DNA of 64,000 nt from NCBI GenBank assembly GCA_018333535.1, contig JAGXTA010000071.1:99100-163099 (forward strand), read 5' to 3'. Every line of letters starts with the position of its first letter. Position 1 is the stretch's first letter. Origin of the DNA: Deltaproteobacteria bacterium. Lineage in GTDB: Bacteria; Desulfobacterota; BSN033; UBA1163. Positions 55,799 to 64,000 of the stretch are shown here, piece after piece. The notes below the pieces were generated by a model. The model was not told where the DNA came from and searched no databases. It saw only the letters and a list, made by a program, of their open reading frames with translations. A program made the position numbers and the translations under genes.

Positions 55799-56531
55799 AT
55801 ATTAGGTATATTATACCTTATATTGTCCGATTGTCAATCTCTTCCAGGTCTCTTGACCGGAACGTGCCCCGTCCCGCTATTGGCGGGATGCGCAGGGTCT
55901 TTGCCCGCCGGCAGGCAGGAAGGGGCACAATAATGGTATTACATTGCCGGGAAGCCCTGGCGTGCCTGCACCGTCCTAACGGGGTGGCCGGGGAGCTTCG
56001 TTAATTTGACTGCGTCCCAAAGCATCTGGCATGTCGATGAGTTGACTTAAAAATTGAGTCAGTGAATAGTGAATCGGAGGGCTGGAAAGGTTGCTTCGAT
56101 TCTTAAATTCTAAAAATGAGACAAGAGGTCGAATCTGACTTAATAATTAAGTCAACGGGTTTGTGGGTTAGGAAAGCTTAAGTCGATTTGCCTTCCGGTT
56201 TCTTAAATAACTAAACTACGTCCCTGGAAGCCCTCCTTCAAAACAATCCTCGATCAACTCGCAAAAGATCCCTCTCTGGACCCTTATAATCTGCTCTTTC
56301 CAAACGACACGTCTTGAGAATGCTGAAAGCGGAACACCGTTGGAAAACCAGAGATTCTTCTGATCTGCTTCCTTAGAATCAGAAACGATAGCGCTATACC
56401 TTATTCTTGGCTGAACCAAAGCCCCCCCGCTTCAGTGACGCATTACCTCTCCCACTTTTTTTCTCTTGACAGAAGTTTTTAAATTCTTTAAAATGTAGTC
56501 GTAATGACCAATAAAGGAGGTTATTCTGACC

Positions 56532-56798
56532 ATGAAAGAATGCTCTGTAGCGGAGGCCAAGAAGCATTTTTCAGAACTCCTGGGACGTGTGGCTTTCGGA
56601 GGCGAACACATCTTGATATCCAAAAGAGGGAAGCCTTTGGCAATGCTTGTGCCTTCAACCGGAGAGCCAACGGAAGATCACCTCTGCAAAGTGGAAGGCT
56701 GGTTGGAAAACGACGATTCTTTCTTCGAGATTATCGATCAAATCGTCCTTGACCGAGAGAAGCATACCTCTCGTATTTTACGGTCGCAGAGAGGCTAA
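56532..56798 (+). CDS. Phd/YefM antitoxin
   Basis: VAEAKKHFSELL..V..GE.I.ISKRGKP.A.LVP. Confidence 0.87.
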   Translation: MKECSVAEAKKHFSELLGRVAFGGEHILISKRGKPLAMLVPSTGEPTEDHLCKVEGWLENDDSFFEIIDQIVLDREKHTSRILRSQRG

Positions 56799-56802
56799 TC
56801 CC

Positions 56803-57246
56803 ATGTACCTTATGGATACGAATATGCTTAGCGAAATCATTAAAAGGAACCCCAACAAGAGCTTCATGGACAGGCTAAAAACCGTCCCATCCGCAGCCCT
56901 CTTTACGTCAACGATTTGTGTTATGGAACTCAGATTTGGTGCGCTCAAACGAGGCAGTAGCCCTTCGCTTTGGCCAAGGATTGAGCAGAATATTCTCCCG
57001 AAAGTCCGCATCTTGAGCTTCACTTATAAAGAGGCGATTAAAGCAGGAGAGTTGATCTCGCATCTATATTCTTCCGGACAGCTCATTGGAATAGAGGATA
57101 TTATGATCGGGTCGATTGCGCTCTGCAATGGGTTGACTGTAGTCAGTGCAAATACCAGGCATTTTTCTCGTATCCCGGATCTAAAGATAGACGATTGGTC
57201 TCAATCAGTTTCTGTCCCATTAGGCACAAGGCGTCTACTCCTCTAA
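56803..57246 (+). CDS. VapC toxin
   Basis: MYLMDTN, MELRFG, EDIMIGSIA, SANTRHF. Confidence 0.87.
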   Translation: MYLMDTNMLSEIIKRNPNKSFMDRLKTVPSAALFTSTICVMELRFGALKRGSSPSLWPRIEQNILPKVRILSFTYKEAIKAGELISHLYSSGQLIGIEDIMIGSIALCNGLTVVSANTRHFSRIPDLKIDDWSQSVSVPLGTRRLLL

Positions 57247-57661
57247 GGAGCTCGCCACTGAACACTCGACGCCCTGCTTCTTTCCCGAAGGTGCGGAAGT
57301 TTAGCTAAGTATCCTGCCGGATTTGAAATAGTCAAATAGTAAACAACGAGTGTCTTTCCCAATTCATGTGCTTAAGTTGCATTTGAACCAACATCCCCCC
57401 AATTTTTGCCTTAATCAAATATCAATCAATCAAGCCCGACCCCAAAGCCTCGTGGGGAGCCTATTTCACTGGGACCCAACGAATTCAATAAACCCAACAC
57501 TTATCACTTTACGTATTGCCTCCAACCTTTTACCTTGATCCTTTTTCCTTTTATCCTCGCTCCTTTATTTTTTTGTTGATTGTTGAGACCTGACCCTGAT
57601 CCCTGTTTTTAAGGACAAAAGATGAAATGCCAATAAAATAGACCTGACCCTGATCCCACTG

Positions 57662-58142
57662 AAAGGGATTCACACAAAGAGGATCGTGAAGCTATCGGCT
57701 AAAATGCTTCTGATTGCTTGGACCTTGATGAAGAAAAAGGAGGCGTTTGATCCCACTTATCTAAACGCCGAATAAAAACACTTATCATTTTCGACGAGAG
57801 AAGCCCGATCAACAACGTTGAGGCCATAAAAGGACCTCGTGCGGGACAATGCTGGGCCTCTCGCTGAGCTTTGGAATCTGGATAAAGGATGCTGGGTGGT
57901 CGCCAGGGTGTGACACACCGGATACTGATGGAGTTTACCCTGAGCCCGTCGAAGGGCTGAGATTCAGAGTTCGTCATGGGCGAGAGATTCGTCGAGTTAA
58001 AGACAGATCTGTAATAGGATTTAAAGGGAAGAGTGTTCCCAAAATGAGAACGGGTTTATAACTTGCTGTTTTTATAAGAGATAAAATTTTTTCGTTTACC
58101 CTCCCGTGGTCGGGTCTTACCCTCTTGACAGGATCAATATAG
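57662..58142 (+). mobile_element. IS110/IS1111-family remnant: transposase C-terminus plus long 3' non-coding end
   Basis: KRIVKLSAKMLLIAWTLMKKKEAFDP (57662-57775) resembles IS110 C-termini; ~370-nt non-coding tail with TTGACA at 58125 near the end. Confidence 0.6.
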
Positions 58143-58275
58143 GATGTCCCCTCAATCACCGTCTGGATGACCCCCTAAACGGCCCCAAATCCATTTTTCA
58201 ACAATACCTTTCTTTTCCTTACCCTTTTTGCTATAATAATTATTAATTGTTAATCTAAGAGGAGGATTCTTCGAG

Positions 58276-58485
58276 ATGCCAAAATCATTAGAAAGTAGAT
58301 TGAATGATTTAATTCATGAGATTACAGAAATCAAGAAGCAAATTATTTTAGAAAAGTCCATTAAAGTTGAAGCGGCCCAAAACAAAATACTGGAATGGAA
58401 AGCCCTGGGGAAGAAAGTCTCATCAAATTGGGATGGCCTCTCAGCCGTCGAAGAAATCCGCCAGCAAAGGGAGAAGGTATGGTGA
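58276..58485 (+). CDS. Small antitoxin-like protein
   Basis: GGAGG RBS; W...SAVEEIRQQREK C-terminus; upstream of a PIN fragment. Confidence 0.7.
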   Translation: MPKSLESRLNDLIHEITEIKKQIILEKSIKVEAAQNKILEWKALGKKVSSNWDGLSAVEEIRQQREKVW

Positions 58486-58610
58486 AAAGAATAACACTCG
58501 ACAGTTCTGTAATCGTTTCGTCGCTCTTAGAAAAGGAGCTTCGTCATAAGGAAGCTTTTGAAATATGGACAACCATATTATCCGGGAAATATTTTGCAAT
58601 CATGCCTTAA
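58479..58610 (+). pseudogene. Truncated PIN toxin
   Basis: ITLDSSVIVSSL..E..H; stops after ~43 aa. Confidence 0.7.
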
Positions 58611-58735
58611 TCCTACTAAAATTTTTCTCCCTTTTCAAAAAATAGAACCGTCCCCTTTATTCAAAAGCCTATTGTTGATTTAATTGGTTAGTTATGGTAT
58701 GATTTATTCATACTAAATAGAGGAGGTGGAATCCC

Positions 58736-58972
58736 ATGTCAAAGGTTATAAAAAAGACCATATCCTTACCTTTTGAATTGGCGAAGGAAGCCGAGGAGAT
58801 AGCCCGTGAAGAAAGGAAAACACTAAGCGCTGTTATTCAAGAGGCTTTGAGGCTTGTAAGGAAGGAGAAACTAAAGAAGGAATTTTACCAAATTCAGGGT
58901 TACTGGAGTTCAAAGGCGAAAGAGAAAGGGATACTTACCGAAAAAGACCTGAAACGGTACCTTAACCCATGA
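58736..58972 (+). CDS. CopG/RHH antitoxin
   Basis: TISLP.EL...S.VIQEALR; GILTEKD. Confidence 0.82.
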   Translation: MSKVIKKTISLPFELAKEAEEIAREERKTLSAVIQEALRLVRKEKLKKEFYQIQGYWSSKAKEKGILTEKDLKRYLNP

Positions 58973-59364
58973 GAGTGGTATTTGATACGAATATCTTTAT
59001 TTCGGCTTTCGTCATTCCAGGAAGTCAGGCGGAAAAAGCGATGTTGAAGATTATCGAGGGAGAGGATGTCTTGCTCCTCTCTAAGGGGATCCTTGATGAG
59101 CTTCTTTCTGTCCTTTCGATAAAGTTCAGTCGTGACAAAGAAGAGATCAGTCGTGTGGCAGTTATTCTTTCGGAGATAGCTGAATGGGTAGAGCCATCTG
59201 AAAGTATCAAGGCCCTAAGAGATGAGCCTGACAATAGAATCCTTGAATGTGCTGTGAGCGGGAATGCTGACATTATCGTTACTGGAGATAAAGAGATACT
59301 AAGGCTTGGGGAATACGAGAAAATAAAGATCATTAGCCTGAAAGAGTATCTGGAGAAATTATAA
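58969..59364 (+). CDS. PIN-domain toxin
   Basis: RVVFDTNIFISA, DEPDNRILECA, IVTGD. Confidence 0.87.
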   Translation: MRVVFDTNIFISAFVIPGSQAEKAMLKIIEGEDVLLLSKGILDELLSVLSIKFSRDKEEISRVAVILSEIAEWVEPSESIKALRDEPDNRILECAVSGNADIIVTGDKEILRLGEYEKIKIISLKEYLEKL

Positions 59365-59615
59365 ATTGCGGCGCTCCCGTTAAAACAAAAAACCTATCAA
59401 CCTTCTTGTTTTTAATTTCTCCCCTCTCTACCGTCTTGGAATTTAAAAACTCATTGGAACATTCAGGGCTGTTTGTAATTGCATGATTGCAAGCCTGACC
59501 CCACATATTTTCGTGAGTACCGGCACCCTTTGTAGTACGGTAATGATCCCGTAGGATGATTTCTTATTGACGGACGAACACATTTCGTGCTACAGTGCTT
59601 AATCAGGAGGTGTCC

Positions 59616-59849
59616 ATGCAGGCGGTCAAAGTTCTACCGAAATGGCAGATAACGATTCCTAAGAGGGTCAGAGAAAAGCTGAAGATACGCGTCGGCGACA
59701 CCATTGTCGTGGAGGAAAGAGAAGGTGAAATCATCCTGAAAAAGGGTAAGACCATCTTCGACTATGCCCAAAGCCTGCCTGACCTGGGGATGACCGTCGA
59801 CGAGATTAGGGAAAAGGCGATTGCCGGGGTGACTCATGAACGGAAATAA
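59616..59849 (+). CDS. AbrB/MazE-type antitoxin
   Basis: QITIPKRVREKL...GD; AGGAGG RBS. Confidence 0.85.
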   Translation: MQAVKVLPKWQITIPKRVREKLKIRVGDTIVVEEREGEIILKKGKTIFDYAQSLPDLGMTVDEIREKAIAGVTHERK

Positions 59850-60252
59850 GGCCTTTATTGACACAAGCGCAATTCTGAGGTTCCTGGTAAAGGATGATCC
59901 AGCCAAAACCGCCGCTGTAGAAAAGCTCCTGAAACAATCGAAAGAGGGAAATCTGACCCTATACGTGCTACCGGTCACAATTCTGGAGATTGTCTGGGTG
60001 ACAGAAAAGGTATATCGCCTGAGCAGAAGGACCATCAGAGAGCTTGTTGAAGCCATCTTGAACACGCCCGGATTAAAATGCCCCCTGGAGTATGTGTTCC
60101 GACAGGCCCTCGCCACCTATGAGACACAAAATATCAAGTTTGCGGACGCGGTCATGGGCCATTGGGGTCTGGAGGAAGGCCTTACAATAGTCTACACTTA
60201 TGACGAGAAGGACTTCAAGAAAATATCAGGCTTGCAGGTCCGCAGGCCATAA
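59836..60252 (+). CDS. VapC/PIN toxin
   Basis: IDTSAILRFL..DD, EIVWV, FADA, TYDEKDF. Confidence 0.87.
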   Translation: MNGNKAFIDTSAILRFLVKDDPAKTAAVEKLLKQSKEGNLTLYVLPVTILEIVWVTEKVYRLSRRTIRELVEAILNTPGLKCPLEYVFRQALATYETQNIKFADAVMGHWGLEEGLTIVYTYDEKDFKKISGLQVRRP

Positions 60253-60466
60253 ACATTCGATGGACTGTTGAAGCCCTTTATCACTCATCAACTTACACAC
60301 CTTAACGAATTTTAGTACATCCCCAAAGCCGTTATCCAAAAAGTAGCCTGTCCCCTTTTTCTACGGCAACAAAGGCTCATTCCCATATCGAACCGGGTGC
60401 ACATAAAAAAAGGCAGATGAGAAATTATCCCACCTGCCTTTTTTGTTTCGGATAGATTTATTGATC

Positions 60467-61426
60467 TTACTTTTTTATCCTCTTCCTAACAAAGTACCCA
60501 AGACCGATGAGGCCTGAGCCGAGAAGGAGAAGGGTTGAGGGTTCTGGAACTCCAGTAGGTGGAGCGGCTCCTGCCGGCAGATCGATGACTGCTACAACGC
60601 CGGAAAGGCAATCCGAAGTGACTCCCGTGGTAAGGTTGAGATTGTTCAGCCCAGGGCTTAGGAAACTCGTGATATCAAACCGTATAATGTCCCAGAGAAA
60701 CCCATTACTTGGTCCACCGAGTCCACCGGGGACAGACGCACCTTGGAATATCGGTCCTGTAGGTACAAGTGTCAGGCCGTTGAGGATGAGAGCGTTATCC
60801 GTAAAAGTCTGCCCATCGCCTACATGCATTTCAAGAAAGGCGTTACCGGATGTGTAATTGATCCCTGAGAGGGTGATGTTCCAACCAGGGGCATCGTATG
60901 CATTGTCAATGTTGGAGTCGTTACCGTTGAATATGACAATGTCGCGATTATTATTTGTGTCACCGTCTTGGAAAAAGGCCATGAGGGAGACACCGTTGAT
61001 ATCCACTATAGGCGGCCCAGGTTTATAGAAATTGCTAAGCGAGTAGATCCCGTTACCGAGAACCAGAGATGTCACATTCGCCCTGTATGCCTGGCTGCAG
61101 GTATAACCCCAGCAATTGTCATCGGAAATTCCGAGGGGTGTGCCGGTAATATTTGTGCCGTTGAATGTGACATTCTGATTGGCGGAGAGGGCTGTGTCGT
61201 TTGAGGGTCCGTGCCAATAGAGAAGAGCACTGTCAACCGGCCCGGAAACCCCGGCGAGGCTGATGGTCCCTGTCCCTAAACCCCGCATCCCGCCATAACC
61301 TGCGGAGGTATAGTCAGTTCCGAAAACTGTTTCGAACGGCACAAGGTCTGTTGCTCCGACTCCACCGGCAATTAGAGTCATACAGAGGCTAGCCATTCCA
61401 ATAAAAATTGACAAATTCCTTTTCAT
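60467..61426 (-). CDS. PEP-CTERM sorted surface protein
   Basis: Signal peptide; C-terminal VPEPSTLLLLGSGLIGLGYFVRKRIKK. Confidence 0.9.
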   Translation of the reverse strand: MKRNLSIFIGMASLCMTLIAGGVGATDLVPFETVFGTDYTSAGYGGMRGLGTGTISLAGVSGPVDSALLYWHGPSNDTALSANQNVTFNGTNITGTPLGISDDNCWGYTCSQAYRANVTSLVLGNGIYSLSNFYKPGPPIVDINGVSLMAFFQDGDTNNNRDIVIFNGNDSNIDNAYDAPGWNITLSGINYTSGNAFLEMHVGDGQTFTDNALILNGLTLVPTGPIFQGASVPGGLGGPSNGFLWDIIRFDITSFLSPGLNNLNLTTGVTSDCLSGVVAVIDLPAGAAPPTGVPEPSTLLLLGSGLIGLGYFVRKRIKK

Positions 61427-61471
61427 AACTTTAGTCCTCCTTATGAATTTATTTTTCTTATAGGATTTTTA

Positions 61472-61575
61472 TTAATTTAAGGATCTAATTTTCCTTCTTA
61501 CTAAGAAACCCAGTCCAAGAAGCCCAGCTCCAAGGAGCAATAAGGTAGCCGGCTCGGGCGTGATGATGACAGATT
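61472..61575 (-). pseudogene. Orphan PEP-CTERM sorting signal without a start codon
   Basis: SVIITPEPATLLLLGAGLLGLGFLVRRKIRSLN*; no in-frame ATG back to the promoter. Confidence 0.75.
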
Positions 61576-61629
61576 GTTTATTTATAATATTCCTTTGAGC
61601 GTCATATTCATAGATTTGTTTAATTAATT

Positions 61630-61780
61630 TGCAACTAAGGTGCCAATAAATATTAAATTAAGTAAGTTATTTTTGATCAGAACAACTCTATGAAATTATT
61701 GATATATATATATTTCTTAGGTTGAACGCTTTTGGTTTTTCTTTTTCAAGTTTTTTAAATAATTGTAAACTATTCTGACA
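61630..61780 (-). promoter_or_regulatory. Sigma-54 promoter with upstream TGT-N11-ACA site
   Basis: TGGCACCTTAGTTGCA (61630-61645); TGTAAACTATTCTGACA (61764-61780). Confidence 0.78.
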
Positions 61781-61974
61781 ATTCACAAGAGTGTTAAGTG
61801 TTGAGTGTTAAGTGTTGGGAAAAATAGTTTAAAAAACAATAAATTAGGGGCTACATAATCAAAAATTTAGAAAAATTGAAATTGCAAAGAATCCCGACAA
61901 TTCGCTAAGTGTTAAATGTTGGTGATATATTGTAAAATGCAGCCAAATGGAGGGAATTGGTGATGAATTTAATA

Positions 61975-64000
61975 CTATTTTGAGAGCTTCTTTAAGATTT
62001 CTGCAGCCTGATCAGCTCCCCTGAAACTTGTGGATATATTTAAAGAAGACTGCAACGCGTTTTTTGCGTCCTTTGGATTATTATTTTTATAATAGCCAAC
62101 ACCTAAGTGGTATAGAATAACCGGGTCTTGTGGAAGGAGGCTTGAAGCCTCCTTTAATTTCTCGATTCCTTTCTTTAACTCCCCCCGCTGGACATATACC
62201 CAACCAAGTGCATCTAATGAGAAGGGATTTTGGGGTGCAAGTTCTATGGCTTTTTGGGCCATCTTCAATGCCTCGTCATGGCTTTTAGGCTGGCCCGCAA
62301 GAATTAAGGCTAATCTCTGATACGCATCCGGAGACTTAATGTTTAGCTCGACTACCTTCCTGTAGGACTGAATTGCTTTTTCTTCATCTTTTGTTTGAAA
62401 ATAGACATCGCCAAGTGCCACATAGGCGGGGCCATAAGAGGGATTAATCTCGATGGCCTTATTAAAGGCTTTCAAGGCCTTTTCATTATCATTGATTTGA
62501 CTATAGGTCTGACCAAGAGCCAGGTGGGCAGAAAATAAATCAGGAGCAATAGTTACAATCTGATTAAAGCTATTTATAGCCTCCTGGGGGTTTTTCTGTG
62601 CTATTTTTGAAAGGCCCTTGTAATACCAGGCGAAAAGATCTTTTTCATATAATTTTGTGATGGCATCGCTTTTCTGGATGGCCTTATCATACCAGGTGTT
62701 TAAAAAGAAGATCATCATCAGATTACGGTCTTCTGCTAATTTTTTCCCTTCCTTTCCGGCTGGGAAAAAGCTGATGGCCTCTTGTTTTACGCCCGGCACC
62801 ATCTCTTTTCCAGATGCCATTCCCTTTTGATAGTTATTTTTATCTCCCTTGGCCATAAAAATATTGGCCATAAGGTAATGAACAAGATATGGAGATTCAC
62901 CTTGAGATAGAGTCAGTCGCAATCCTTGTAGCGCGCGGTCGTAGTTCCCCTTTATCTGCTCGATAATCGTCATGGGGACAAAACTCCTCCCACTTTTTGG
63001 ATCTATGGCAATCACCGTTTTGAACTGTTCGTCAGCCCTGTCTATCTCACCTAATGCGAGATAGCACATTCCAGCATCATGATGAATTCGGGGAAATCCG
63101 AAGCCGCTTTTTATATAGGTTTCAATATTGCCCAGGGCATCATCCCTCTTTCCCATATTCACCTGAGCCGCTGCCTTGATGTAATATCCCCCTGGAAATC
63201 TCTTGTAAATGCCCAGAAGTTTGTCAGATAGCTTGATGGCCTCCTCGTAAGAACCTTCTATCAGAAGCTCCAACCCTCTTCTTAGATAGAGTTCTTTTAC
63301 CCCGGGGGTGTAATAAGCAAATTCAACTAAGGCCTTGGACTCTTCCTCTTTTTGACCGGTTGATTTGTAGATCTCAATCAACTGCCTCCGGTAGATAAGA
63401 TTTTCTTGATCGTTCTCTATGGCTTTTTGGTAATAGGAAATTGCCTCCTTGGCGTTCTTTCTTAACCAAAAGACCTGGCCCAGACCGGCATAGGCAGGGG
63501 CAAATGAAGCATTTGAAGCGATAACGTCTTTGAAGGCCTTTTCTGCCTTACCGAGATTATTCTGTGCAAGGTTCAAGCTTCCGGAATAATAGATAGCTAC
63601 TGGATGGGAAGGCTCTTTTTTGAGAGCCAAACCCATATGTTTTTCTGCTTCCTTAAATTTCCCTTCTTGGGCTTTTAGCATGGCTTTAATAAGCTCTGCA
63701 TAAAAGTCCTTATCGTTTACCCCCTTTAATAAAGCCAATTCTCCCTCGGCCATCTTCTTTTGGCCTGTGAGAGCATAGATCGTCCCGAGAATGCCATGAG
63801 CCTTATGATTCTGTTTATCTCTTAAAATGACAAATTGCGCATATTGAATGGCCTCCTGCATTAAACCCTGCTTTAGTCTTGTTTCAGCTAAATTAAGACC
63901 TGCGGTGGTTGGGTCCGTCTGGGTAAAATCGATTTTACCAGGTTCATCTGAAAAAGGAGCCTGAGACTCAGACATAATGGCTCCTGTAGCGATCCCACCA
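61975..64000 (-). CDS. Multi-TPR protein (PrsT-like C-terminus); 5' end probably outside window
   Basis: Tandem TPRs, DALGW..YHLG C-terminal pattern; frame is open to the window edge. Confidence 0.8.
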   Translation of the reverse strand, partial: GGIATGAIMSESQAPFSDEPGKIDFTQTDPTTAGLNLAETRLKQGLMQEAIQYAQFVILRDKQNHKAHGILGTIYALTGQKKMAEGELALLKGVNDKDFYAELIKAMLKAQEGKFKEAEKHMGLALKKEPSHPVAIYYSGSLNLAQNNLGKAEKAFKDVIASNASFAPAYAGLGQVFWLRKNAKEAISYYQKAIENDQENLIYRRQLIEIYKSTGQKEEESKALVEFAYYTPGVKELYLRRGLELLIEGSYEEAIKLSDKLLGIYKRFPGGYYIKAAAQVNMGKRDDALGNIETYIKSGFGFPRIHHDAGMCYLALGEIDRADEQFKTVIAIDPKSGRSFVPMTIIEQIKGNYDRALQGLRLTLSQGESPYLVHYLMANIFMAKGDKNNYQKGMASGKEMVPGVKQEAISFFPAGKEGKKLAEDRNLMMIFFLNTWYDKAIQKSDAITKLYEKDLFAWYYKGLSKIAQKNPQEAINSFNQIVTIAPDLFSAHLALGQTYSQINDNEKALKAFNKAIEINPSYGPAYVALGDVYFQTKDEEKAIQSYRKVVELNIKSPDAYQRLALILAGQPKSHDEALKMAQKAIELAPQNPFSLDALGWVYVQRGELKKGIEKLKEASSLLPQDPVILYHLGVGYYKNNNPKDAKNALQSSLNISTSFRGADQAAEILKKLSK

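Noticed and set aside
56216..56419. 67-aa minus-strand ORF as a gene or transposase fragment
   Set aside because: No recognisable motif or RBS; too degenerate to call.
39234..60360. Classical integron or pdif module array
   Set aside because: No IntI gene, no RYYYAAC...GTTRRRY attC pairs and no XerC/D dif sites recognised by eye.

Overview
Bacterial chromosomal window, most consistent with an anaerobic Desulfobacterota-like (deltaproteobacterial) genome; this is inferred from gene content only. (1) 1-25.3 kb is mostly housekeeping: pyrD/pyrK, rimI, mobA, dnaJ, cytochrome c assembly, a four-subunit 2-oxoacid:ferredoxin oxidoreductase, an ArsA-like ATPase, an aminotransferase, a NUDIX hydrolase and cinA. 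It carries several intergenic palindromic repeat families. It also contains an unusual coupled operon: non-canonical FabF-like ketosynthase -> 7TM/GAF histidine kinase -> degenerate AAA+/pseudokinase fusion -> sigma-54 response regulator, followed by an RR-HD-GYP gene. This is a candidate signal-synthase/receptor (quorum-sensing-like) system. (2) 25.4-34.9 kb is a ~9.4 kb integrase/primase element in tRNA-Arg(CCT), bounded by 51-bp direct repeats. It has a lambda-like cos signature and a Nu1-like gene with a CTG start, so it looks like a phage satellite. (3) 35-64 kb is a PEP-CTERM surface-protein region (PrsT-like TPR proteins, TIGR03790-like gene, PilY1-like protein, two PEP-CTERM genes, remnants). 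It is interleaved with about 10 complete and 4 broken toxin-antitoxin modules separated by recurring junction motifs. One junction motif is precisely interrupted by an internally deleted group II intron, and another abuts an IS110/IS1111-type remnant. All family calls are by eye from motifs; no database searches were run.
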